Shown here: one piece after another, positions 25,714 to 36,754 of the stretch
How the letters are laid out: every line of letters begins with the position of its first letter
Position numbering within the stretch: position 1 is the first letter of the stretch
Assembly: GCA_050084985.1 (NCBI GenBank)
Contig: JBITNC010000002.1
Coordinates: forward strand, 16,678,001-16,742,000
Source of the DNA: Nageia nagi
Taxonomy: Eukaryota; Plantae; Pinophyta
Direction of reading: 5' to 3'
Length of the DNA: 64,000 nt
The notes under the pieces: generated by a model
Database searches by the model: none
Seen by the model: the letters and a program-made list of their open reading frames with translations, nothing else
Told to the model about the DNA's origin: nothing
Made by a program: the position numbers and the translations under genes

Positions 25714-26500
25714 ATTTTGACATCTTATGTTGCTTCTTATTGATCACATGTGTGACCCTCTTCAATCAATTGAGTTCACTTATCAATCGTTCGCCTACCT
25801 CTAAACCTAAGAGCTTCGCTTCTAGCTCTCCTAATCCCATTGATGATTTAGCATAGTCTTTAGCTTTTTCTCTATCTTTATCTTTTGTTTGGCCATCCAC
25901 TCAAGCTTATCAGTGAAATTATCATTATCATCATTGTTGGTATTTTTGCCTATTTTGTATCAATCTTCTATCTTGCTATCCACCTGAGCATGTTGGTGGA
26001 ATTTTAATCAATGTCAATGAATATATCTTCTTCCTTCCATTCTTGTCTTAGTGTTATTGGATTTTATCATTATCTATGTTCATTTTATTCAGTAATTATT
26101 ATCTATGTTTTATCATGTTGATTATTTTATTTTCATCTCTATTCTGTTATCTGTTTCACATCATCTCCTTTGATCTATTTTTGTATCTGATCTTTTATCC
26201 CTATCTCTTCATGTCTCTTGTCATCTAATCTATCTTGTTATCATGAGTATGATTCATTCTCTCATCCCTTGTGAGCAATGTGATCCTCTTTTATCGTTAG
26301 TCTTAACCTTATCAAATCATCATTTAATTTTATCACATTCATGTGGTTGATAACATTCAATCTTAGTTGCTTCCTTGCAAATTGATGTCATGTTTTGGTC
26401 TGTTTATCATTATCCTATCCCTAATCACCCTATTGGTTAGCAGATTAGTCAACCTTTTGAATTAAAATTTAATCAGTCCATGGTCTTGTCATCTTGTTAT

Positions 26501-26645
26501 CATCTAGTCATCCTATTGAGCCTTAAGTCACATCTAGTCATCCTGTCAAGCTTTAAGTCATCTAGTCATCTTGTCAAACCTTAACTCCTTGTCTAGTCAT
26601 CTTGTTAAGTCTTAAGTCATTTCCCATCTTTGGGTCAAGTTTTAA
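26501..26645 (+). repeat. ~30-bp minisatellite, 4-5 copies
   Basis: CATCTAGTCATCYTGTCAAGYYTTAAGTCA repeated. Confidence 0.8.
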
Positions 26646-27214
26646 GCCTTTTCCTATTAGTCAATCTTAACCACAATTATCTCATCATGATCTTATCCTT
26701 TGTCATCTAGTCATTTCTATCTAATCGTGGTTGTAGCTTTTGTTATGTTGTTGTTTATATTTCACTTATGATCATAATCTCTATCAATTCGATCATTTCT
26801 ATCCACCCATGATCATAATCTCTTTCCTTTAGCAATTTATCTTATTTATGATCGTTGTCTTTTACATTTGACTATTTTAGTCTTGCCTATGGTCGTAGTC
26901 TTTATCACTTGGTTGTAATCAATCCCAACTGTAATCCTGGTCTTGTTCATTTGGTTGCTTGTACCCCACCATGGTCAATTATCATTACCTTCTCATCATT
27001 TTCTATCTTGCATATCTTATCATTGAGGGAGTTGATACTAGATCCTACTCCTCCTTTGGGGATCATTGAGTAATGGAGACTACAAGGTAGGACAACAATC
27101 ACTCATCTCCCACCATCACCATCTTTTAGCTTTGTCTCATTTTTCTTTGTGCTTATCGTATCATGGTCAGTCAATCGATAATTTATCAATGGCTAAATGA
27201 TGTCTTATCATCTT

Positions 27215-28180
27215 TGCCTCTAATTGCTAGGGCAAAGCAAAAGTTAGTTACCTTTCAACTATTGGGGTAAAGTAGAAGTTAATTACCCTTCAACTGCTAG
27301 GGTAAAGTAGAGGTCATTTACCTTTTTGCACTTAGATTAGAATAGGTAAATTAGATTAATACATTTATCAAGTTCATACCATCCCTGATCATTAAGACTT
27401 AATCATGAGTTCTATTTCAATCTTATATGACCTATTGTGTGCCAAAACTAGACTTTGTTGGATTTTCATGGTGTTCAAGATGATCTTATATGACCTATCT
27501 TATGCTAAAACCAACTCTCATATCAACTGTATCATAGTCACCCTTTGATTACTAGGGAAAAGTAAAATCATTTATCATTAATCATTTTTCATGTATCATA
27601 TGTAGTTATGGTGTGATTATTCCAATGTGAATCTTTTTTCAGGATGATCTTATACTACCTTTCATGTGCCAAAATTAGCTCTTATCCTGACTATATCATA
27701 GTCATCCTTTGACTGTTGGGGTAAAGCATAATCATTTATCATGCATCATATATCATGTATCATATATCATTTGTTCCACCATGATGTTTTGGTAGGATGA
27801 TCTTATACTGCCTATCATGTGCCAAAACTAGCTCTCATCCTAACTGATTCATGTTACATGGTTAGTCCCATCATATCAGTTTTTCATATTATTGCATCTT
27901 AGCCATTTATCAGCATCTTTGCTTTCCATTAAACATGGGGTGAGATTGAACATTAATCTTTGTTTGCTTTCCATTCAACATGGGGTAAAGTTATCTTGAG
28001 CATTTTTATTTTTGATTCTTTATTTATTTTCCATTCAACATGGGGAAAAAATATCTTTAGCATATCCTGCTTTCTATTCAACATAGGGCAAGATCATCAT
28101 TGTCATTTATCATGTCACAATAAGATCATTACTACCATCACTTTTACTTTTCTTTCCATTCAACATGGGGTAAAGATTCC
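27215..28180 (+). repeat. Gypsy 3'-region modular repeats
   Basis: ACTRYTRGGGYAAAGYA motif ~5x (27220-27730); ATCTTATAYKRCCTATY..GTGCCAAAAYTAG 4x (~27420, 27482, 27645, 27797); TTCCATTCAACATGGGG 5x (~27924, 27969, 28029, 28072, 28154). Confidence 0.85.
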
Positions 28181-28528
28181 TTTTGGTAGCATGATCATAT
28201 TTTTAAGCATGACTCCTCTTGAGTCCCAAGCATTTTAGCATGGTCATTTAATTTGATCACCTTTGCATTGATTGTGTCATTTAGAGCTTCTAGCATGGGT
28301 CCCTTAGCATGTGGCAAGTTTGCGTACCTCTACATCATCTTGCATGTCAGTAAGATATTATTAATCATTGATCATTATCATCTCATCATGTCATCATCAT
28401 CATCTCATCATCTTGTCATTTGGTCTGTTTATCATTTTTTTTTCAGTTCCACATCATCTATCTTGTTAACTTTTGAGTTGAATTTTGCTTTACAACACTT
28501 TATAAAACTTACCTCAAAAGGGGGCATC

Positions 28529-29544
28529 TGTAAGCACCTTAAAAACATATTTTTATGTTATTTATAGTGTCATGTTGTGTCTTATGGTCACCCATCATCA
28601 TTTATGTTCATTTAAGTCATTTTGAGCAGTTTCATCAAAATCATCCCTTAGTAGGACAATTCCAAAATCATCCCTTTGTAGAACAATTTTGACCATCATT
28701 TTTCAAAATAGATAAGCTTGAATCCATTTTTCCTTCTTTGCAATTTTGGGCCACATGTACCCAGATGGAAGTGGTGCACCAAAACACATGAACACGATCA
28801 GGTCAGGCCTAATCAGCACTTTATTTTCCACCTTGGGATCTTTGTTAGCCACTTTGGGTCTCCCTCCATGTCAACAATCATTCTCAACCACCCAACTCAT
28901 TCTGATCAACATTCTTCCAAGCATTCTCTCCAATTTGGTCTAAACATTATCTAAGAAAACAAGCCAACATTGAAGTCTCTCCAAGCATGTAGCTCTAAAC
29001 ACTCAGCCACATCCAAGTCTCTAGCCATCCAAACACAACATAGCCAAATCTAACACAATCTAGCAGAAGTAAGTTCTTGAATCTTTGTTTGCAGGTTGAA
29101 GAATTGTTTGCAAATCTTCTTGGAGAAACCATTGGAAGAGCACATTAGAGGAGCATATAATGGTATCCTTGTACATATTATTTCTTGCATTTTGTGTGGC
29201 ATGTAGTATTTTCTAGGTTAGATCATAATAGCTTAGTTTCCTTATCATTTCATTATAGTCTTAATCTTACACAAGCATATCATTTTACATCTTAGGCATA
29301 TCAATCTTTTCTATCACCCATTTGATTATGGGATAGGGATCTACTCTCATTAAAGGAGATTTCATATCTCTCTTGAGTGCACTTCGGGGTCTTAAGGGAC
29401 CAAAGTGCTGATATCCCCACTAACATATGTTTTCTTACATGTTAAACCATCATCCATCCATTAAACATGTCCAATGCAAGCAATGTTTTACACATTACAA
29501 AGTAAGAATCTTGGAAGATCCTATGTGGCTTTTATATGCTTACA
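28529..29544 (+). repeat. Gypsy 3' LTR
   Basis: Follows PPT AAAAGGGGGCATC; matches 15115-16107. Confidence 0.92.
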
Positions 29545-31171
29545 CAATTCCTTGAAATAAGTAAAAGATTCATCTTTTTGCTTAATAAAAAATGCCCAAT
29601 ACATCTAGAATAAATCATCAATAAATGTGAGGAACTAAGAATTCTTACCAAGGCTTAGAGTTTGCATAGGACCATAAATATCGAATTGAACCTTTGTCAA
29701 ATTTCATCCTTGGATGCTTTACTAATGCACAACCTTCACAAAAGGCCTTGGGATCATCCACCTTTGGCAAATCATGCACAATATCCTAAAACATCTTCAA
29801 ACTATCAAAATTCCAAGTGGCCAAATTTGAGATGCCGCAACCAATACATGTCATGAACAACCACATTTGCAAGTTGGTTGCCCCCTTATTCTCCAAACTT
29901 TATTGGAAATAATATTTTTATTAATCATATAAATAATAGTAACATGCTTGTGCGCATTATTCTTATCATAAATATCGCATTATTGATCTTCAAAAACTAG
30001 CTTGTAATTTGTCTCCATCATTTTCCCAACACTTAATAAACTATACTTCAAATATGGAGTAAAATAAATATCATGTAATATCTTCTTACCTTTAATGGTT
30101 TTCACTTCAAGTACACCTTTACTAGACACCTCCAAAGATTTATTATTTTCCAACCTGATGTTAGACTTGTAAGGATGGTACATGGATGAGAGGAGCTCCC
30201 CTTTTTCGGTCATATGGCTAGATCAACTAGTGTCAAGTATCCATTGTTGATAAAAATCTTTATCTTTATCCTTGTCTAAGGAAAAAATAAAGTTTCTCTT
30301 TATTGATCCTTCTCACCATAATGAGTTGATCTCCCTTCATTTATAGACTCTTTCAATTTGCACTCCCTTTCAAAATATCCAAATTTATTGCAATGGTAGC
30401 ATTGCATATTTCTCTTATCAACATTGCCTCTTCCTTTTTATGCTCAATCTCTACCTCTACCTCTTTCTCTATGTGAAGGCTAGCCTCTTCCATTCCCACA
30501 TGAACTTGATTCAACCTCCATTGTAGAAAATATTTTTTCTTCTATACTAGTAGTAGCAATAGTAGTCTTGATCCTCTCCTCATGTGACACAAGAGAGCCC
30601 ATGAGATGGTCAAATTCAAGCGTTGAGAGATATTTACTCTCCTCAATGATTATGGAAACATTATCCAACTTAGAGATAAGTATTCTCAGCACCTTCTTGA
30701 TAATAGTTACTTTGTCCAAAACTTCTCCAAGAGTGGTCATTTTCTTTGTGATGGATTTCACTCTAATAGGATAATCTCCTGCTAGTTCATTCTCTTGCAT
30801 CTTAAGATTTTCAAATCTCTCCTTAATGTTTGTAGGTTCATTTACTTCACCTGATCACATCCTTGGTAGCCATCTCTCAAAGCTATCCATGCTTCCTGGG
30901 CTATTGTACACCTAGTAGTTCTAGGAAAACTTCTCTTGTTAAGAGAATATTGGAGATAAAAGAGAGAAAGGTAATTCTTTTTTTGTGTCTTCTTCCTTAC
31001 TATCTTATCAGCTAGTTATAGAGTATTCCAATAAGATGGTTCAATGTAGCCATCAATGACTACATCCCATAAATCTTTGCCCATGAGAAGAGTCTTCATT
31101 TTAATGCTCCAATATTCATAATTTGTCCCATCAAACTTTGGAATTGGGAGAGAGTTTGTGTTGTTTTCCAT
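29545..31171 (-). pseudogene. Copia gag, protease and integrase N-terminus
   Basis: ATG 31171 MENNTNSLPIPKFDGTNYEYWSIKMKTLLMGKDLWDVV; knuckle CYHCNKFGYFEREC; protease WILDTS*SSHMT; integrase DIYGPMQ...FLTFIDD. Confidence 0.9.
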
Positions 31172-31282
31172 GACACTAAAGAAAATAAGAAACCAATCTT
31201 CAATGTAAAACTTTTGAGATTATCAAGAAGAACCATAGGCTTGTTCGAACCCATAAATACCAATCTAACTTTGTTACCATAA

Positions 31283-31809
31283 TGGGATATTTAACAAACT
31301 CAAACAATCCAAAATACCCAACAAATACTCAATGGATCACCAAGAAAACCAAATGAGATAAACATAGGCTATCTATATCATTAATAAAGTTTAATATTAC
31401 AATGAAGCTCTCACAATAGTTGAAGAAGAAAGGAGTTCTAAAATTACAACTACACACTTGAACATTCTCAAAATAATGTATGTTACAAAATTACTCTACA
31501 CAATATTCCTAGCTGATGCTAACATCTACTAGATTCGTGAGGAATATATTATAAACACCAATGCCTCAAGCTATAGTAAAAATGAATAAAAGATACTAAG
31601 AAAATACCAAAATCTCCAAGTACAGAATCTCCATGTGAAACATGTTGGTGTTTCAATAGTTGGGAACATGTTGACATTTCAGATCCAATTGTTGTTGTGA
31701 TTCTGAAACGTGACAATGCTTGAAGAGGAAAACACTAGGGGTCATAGCGTTTCATCAAAAACACAAATTGAGATTAGATTTTCAATGTCACTAAGCTCAA
31801 TTCTGAAAA
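31283..31809 (-). repeat. Copia 5' LTR
   Basis: Matches 6617-7185; followed by TSD AGTTG. Confidence 0.9.
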
Positions 31810-33470
31810 AGTTGCACCACAAAAAATGCTTTTTAATCTCATCTTCATCAGCCACCAAAATCATATTGGTATAAGAACTACGTTCCACTTGAATTAGGGA
31901 ACACTAAGTCTACATACCTACTACTAGGCTAAACAAACTTTTTTTAGGAAGGTATAAAGAAATATATCAAGGATCTTATATATTCTTACTAAAGATGTTA
32001 ATGAGAGAAAGGGAAAAGACTTAAGTCACCAGGGTTAGTCTAATTGCTCCCCATTTCAACAATGACATGGTTTAACACTTCCATGGAATTCATTGATAGG
32101 CTTCTAATGTTTCAAGAAAAACCAGTAATCTTTGTAATGAGATTTTCAAGCAGTAAGACACCACTCTTAAACTCAACTTTTTGTTCAATCCATAGATAAG
32201 TGGATAAACAAATATGATTAATAAATATTTGTAGATATACCTTTAATGATTTATCTCTAATCAACAATCATGCTAAATTTGATAGCTTTATTGTCAAAAT
32301 GTTTGTACAACACTTTCATTTATTATTCCACTTAAATGACACCATTTAAAGTATTATATGGATAACCATAAAAGTTAATATTATCCTTATTGATCAAGCG
32401 AACAAACATCCTTGATTCGTATGAATGATGACTTTACTTTTACTATATTAATAAAGATGTACAAGTCCTATTAGAAGGGTTACTAGCAAAAAGATGCCAC
32501 ATAACTATCTCTTTAGGATTTCCATTAGTGGTTTTCATAATTCAAGCCTTTAGGAAAAAATTATTTAAGAGAGGATGGCATGTTATGTAACCACTTGATG
32601 TAAATTTGTAAGGGAATGTCACTCGCTATTGCAAAGGGAATACATATCACAAATAGATGCAAGGGAATTTAGATAGAAGAATAGTGCATGTAATATGTAA
32701 GGGAATATAGGATAAATATATAAAATTACATGTAAAAGAATATACAACTATAGATATTTCTCTTATAAAAGGCAATAAAAGAAAGCCATGAATATCGTCT
32801 AAATTTTGTATTGAGTTCACTTGTATTGGGAGATTTTCTCTTAAATATGCATACAAAATACAATGAGAAGTACTATTTCCCATAATGTTCTTTTATATTT
32901 GAATCAAGATATTCTTACTATATTTACAAACTATGATATATCATGTAACTATTCTACTCTTATTAACTAATTTTTATCTTTTGCATAAAGTTAATATTAT
33001 TGAATAACATGTATCATTTAGTAAATCTATACCCATAACTTTTCACATATCAACATCCATTCAAATTCCAAATAATGTAAAATGAAGAGTTTTAAAAATT
33101 ATCTTGTTTATTTTTTTATCACAAGATCACCATAATTTAATTTAAATTTTTTTATTTATTTAATGAAAATAATACACTTATAAAACAAAATTATTAATCT
33201 TATTTATTTAAAAAATATAATTCATATAAATTAATTTTCTTTAATAAATAATAATTTATATTTTTTATAACAAAAAATCTAACTTAAAAATCAAGAAACT
33301 ATAACAAATTAATCAATTTATTTAATTAAAAGCATCACACTCGTATATTTGAAAGAAAGCATCTATATTACAACATCAAAGTATAAAACACCAAAGTTGT
33401 AGAATCCACTAGCTGACACGATCTTTCCTTTTGATGTCACCTTTTACATTTGAAGAGCATAAACATTTTT

Positions 33471-35189
33471 TTAGACCGTCCAATTCTCAAGCCAAGGAAA
33501 CAAACGCTTCAAAATCCTATCAACATGTTCAAAGGATTTCCTCCTCCACCTTGATAAACTAATCAGTGATATTGTGCCCCCAAAGCTTGCTCCACACGAC
33601 AAGCCTAATGCAATCTCATACCATGGAATTTTAGTGGTCTTCTTTCCATTGTCATATGCTGTAGGATGCTTGGCAGCAAATTCTGGCCAAGAACAGTTCT
33701 TTGGAAGAGGACATCCCCATAAGTTTTGATTCCCCAAGAATGATGAGTTCTGAAATGTTTCGAGCTTTCCCCCTTGGGCTATAATTCCTGAAAGATTGTT
33801 GTTGGCCAAATTTAATGTGCCCAAGTAGCTGAGAGATTCAAGCTCCCAAGGAATCCTTCCAGAGAACCCGTTCATAGAAAGATCTAATGAATCTAGCTGC
33901 TGTAATTCTCCCAAACTACTTGGAATATTCCCATGTACATTGTTCCTCGATAGATTCAGAGACCTTAACCCTTTTAGTTTTCCAAAATCTGAAGGGACTG
34001 TTCCATTCAATTTGTTGTTGGAGAGATCGATCACTCTGAAAGTGGAAAGTATATATGGGTAATGGTCAACTCTGCCTTTTGTAGTTAAATACATATCATC
34101 ATAATACATTTGCACATAAAATTCACGACGGATGTGGAATGAAAGCGTATGGGACAGCTGAAGACCATCTTCTTTAGCTATAGCCATTGCTTGCAAAGAT
34201 ACAATGGTGTGCGGTATAGAACCTGATATATGATTGGAAGAAAGCTGCAAGATCTGGAGGTTCTTAAGTTTTCCAATTTCTATTGGAATATTGCCTTCAA
34301 AACCATTCCCCTGCACCACTAGAACTTTCAATAGTGCAAGATTTCCAATTGATTTTGGAATTTGACCATTGAATGAATTGTCCCCAATATCTAAAACTTG
34401 TAAATTTGTACAATTGATGATAAAATGAGGGAATGATCCCTGCAACTTATTATTACGAACCACAAATGACTGGAGTTCGCTTAGCTTACCAAACGCTTTG
34501 GGTATCCTTCCCTTCAAACTGTTGTTTCCCAAATGTAAAATTTTAAGCCCTGAGGAATTGGCCAAACTCGGAGGGATGATTCCACTTAAATTGTTGTTTG
34601 CAAGATCTAATATTGAAAGCTGAGACAAACCGCCCAGACTTGGAGAAATAATGCCTGTAAACAGATTATTATTGAGCAACAATATTGTCAAATCATACGA
34701 CCACAATGATGGCAAGTGTCCATCCAATGCATTGCTCGACAAGTCCAAAGACATGATCTGCATCCACGTTGCACTATTAGCAACAAGACCACCTTGTAGA
34801 TGATTTCCTGTGAGATTTATGTGTGTCAAGGTGACCCCATTGTCCCATAACCAGGAAGGAATCTCTCCAACAAGATTGTTACGCGCTGATGTTAACTCCT
34901 CAAGAAAGAGCTGCGTTGAAATCCAAAGCGGAATTTCATCTTCAATATTACATGACACTAAATTTAAGCTGTACAACTGAAAAGAGGGAATCCAGGTTGT
35001 GCTCAGGTTTAGCACACAATTGGACAGATACAAGTCCTGTGATTTGGTGCTGTTACGGAAGAAAGTTTCTGAGATTGTCTGGTTGTGGTTGAAGGAGAGC
35101 GAAAGAACTATCAAAGAGGATGGCAATGCTGAGGAAGAAATAGTCTCAAGTCCAAGGAGGCCGGCCATCAACTGAACTAAAGGAGTCAT
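33471..35189 (-). CDS. LRR receptor-like protein (RLP), 572-aa open frame lacking a normal N-terminus; may be a pseudogene
   Basis: Many plant extracellular LRRs (LxxLDLSxNxLxGxIP), an island domain with Yx8KG and Kx5Y motifs, 4 terminal LRRs, SFLGNQNLWGCPLPKNC cap, a GxxxG TM segment and a short basic tail. No kinase domain, and no signal peptide/LRRNT cap. Confidence 0.85.
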   Translation of the reverse strand: MTPLVQLMAGLLGLETISSSALPSSLIVLSLSFNHNQTISETFFRNSTKSQDLYLSNCVLNLSTTWIPSFQLYSLNLVSCNIEDEIPLWISTQLFLEELTSARNNLVGEIPSWLWDNGVTLTHINLTGNHLQGGLVANSATWMQIMSLDLSSNALDGHLPSLWSYDLTILLLNNNLFTGIISPSLGGLSQLSILDLANNNLSGIIPPSLANSSGLKILHLGNNSLKGRIPKAFGKLSELQSFVVRNNKLQGSFPHFIINCTNLQVLDIGDNSFNGQIPKSIGNLALLKVLVVQGNGFEGNIPIEIGKLKNLQILQLSSNHISGSIPHTIVSLQAMAIAKEDGLQLSHTLSFHIRREFYVQMYYDDMYLTTKGRVDHYPYILSTFRVIDLSNNKLNGTVPSDFGKLKGLRSLNLSRNNVHGNIPSSLGELQQLDSLDLSMNGFSGRIPWELESLSYLGTLNLANNNLSGIIAQGGKLETFQNSSFLGNQNLWGCPLPKNCSWPEFAAKHPTAYDNGKKTTKIPWYEIALGLSCGASFGGTISLISLSRWRRKSFEHVDRILKRLFPWLENWTV

Positions 35190-35865
35190 ATTGACTTGGG
35201 GTGGTTGGCCATAGAGTTAAAGTTAAATGTAATAGTCATTGTCATTATAGTATGATAATTTTTTTATTTTTTTAATGAAAATGAAATTATGAATAGATAA
35301 AATATGTTAATATATGTATAATATATTATTATATTAAAATTATTTTACAATATTTTTAGTTTTTTTTTTAAATATCATTTATTTATTTATTTTGATATAT
35401 ATCAAGGAAAAAAGATTTTTCTAAGTTATTGTGAGATGTAAGAGATAGAATGATGATATCAAGAGGAGAATTTCATATTTCAATAAGGTATGGTGTAAGG
35501 CCTTGATTAGATGAGATTTAATAAATAAGTAGTCATAAACATGCAAAGCATAAATGTATAGAAGTCAAATATGAGGCATGTGTATGATGCTAAAATTAGC
35601 TTTTGTATGGGTTAAATATAACATCCATGAAGTGAAAATCTATTATACAAACCGACACAAGGGAGAAAATTTAGGAATAGAAGGATAAATAGTTAATAGA
35701 GATAAATGAAGATTTGGGTGTCATATCCCCAAATATTAATATACTAAGACATTGATAAATAAATCCAAATGATGATTAAAGTATACTACATGGGTATACA
35801 AATGATAACATAATGTATATATAAATAATCAAAGTTTAGTATCAACTTATATTATTATTATTAAA

Positions 35866-36600
35866 ATGAAAAGGGTTTTGTTTGTAAAGATGTGTTATAA
35901 AAAAATAATTTCATGGACTACAATAATTGCAAGGTATGCAAGGAATGGCTTTATACCTTAGTTTGCGAGCAATAGTGATGGAATCATTCCCTCCACTTCA
36001 TTCTTTCCCTCTCCTTCGCTCTCTTGCTTGATCTCTATTATCTTGTTTGATTTTTACTCTCTCATCTCATGCCTCTTGTTTTTCATAAATTTGGGTGGTA
36101 AACCTCAAATGTTTTGTGGGATATGTTCACACAATTTGTTTATTTGTTATGATAGTTTTAAATCACCATTTTCTTATATATTAAAATTTTCATGATAGTT
36201 TTAAACCACCATTTTTGTGTACAATTGTGACAATGTCTTTGATAGATATTTATACAAAATGTAGGAGCATTAACATGAAAAGGGTTTTGTTTGTAAAAAT
36301 GTGTTATAAAAAAATAATTTCATGGACTACAATAATTGCAAGGTATGCAAGGAATGGCTTTGTACCTTAGGTTGTAAGCAATAGTGATGGAATCATTCCC
36401 TCTACTTCATTCTTTCCCTCTCCTTCGCTCTCTTGCTTGATCTCTATTCTCTTATTTGGTTTTTACTCTCTCATCTCATGCCTCTTGTTTGTTTCAAATT
36501 TGGGTGGTAAACCTCAAATTTTTTGTGAGATATGTGCACACAATTTGTTTATTTTTTATGATAGTTTTAAACCACCATTTTCTTATATATTAAAACCATC
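35866..36600 (+). pseudogene. Tandem ~410-bp duplication containing PLS-class PPR motif fragments
   Basis: LFVKMCYKKIISWTTIIARYARNGF occurs twice (~35879-35952, ~36288-36361), and MSLIDIYTKCRSINM at ~36233-36277. Confidence 0.75.
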
Positions 36601-36754
36601 ATGAGAACCCATCTTCTAACATATCTTATGTGGTTTTTCAACCACATATAAAAACCATCATCTATTATTTTTATTATGAAAATTAAACCCAATTTTAATA
36701 TAATGATAAGCTTTATGCATAATTTTATATTATTAATTGCTATATTATATTATT

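Larger units (their letters stand above)
15115..29544 (+). mobile_element. Nested Ty3/Gypsy (Tat/Ogre-like) LTR element, gag present and no recognisable pol
   Basis: LTRs at 15115-16107 and 28529-29544 (TGTAAGCA...TGCTTACA). Flanks TAATT/CAATT. PBS TGGTAATCACGATGGGACTC resembles a decayed tRNA-Arg complement; PPT AAAAGGGGGCATC. It splits the Copia integrase at ...YFKE|. Confidence 0.92.
6617..31809 (-). mobile_element. Decayed Ty1/Copia LTR retrotransposon, full length but split by nested insertions
   Basis: Paired LTRs at 6617-7185 and 31283-31809 with identical 5-bp TSD AGTTG (6612-6616, 31810-31814). PPT TCAAGGGGGAGTA (minus, 7186-7198) and a degenerate Met PBS (minus TGGTAACAAAG, ~31269-31279). 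Domain order is gag-PR-INT-RT-RH. Confidence 0.92.

Noticed and set aside
34889-35092. 67-aa plus-strand ORF
   Set aside because: Antisense shadow of the RLP coding sequence.
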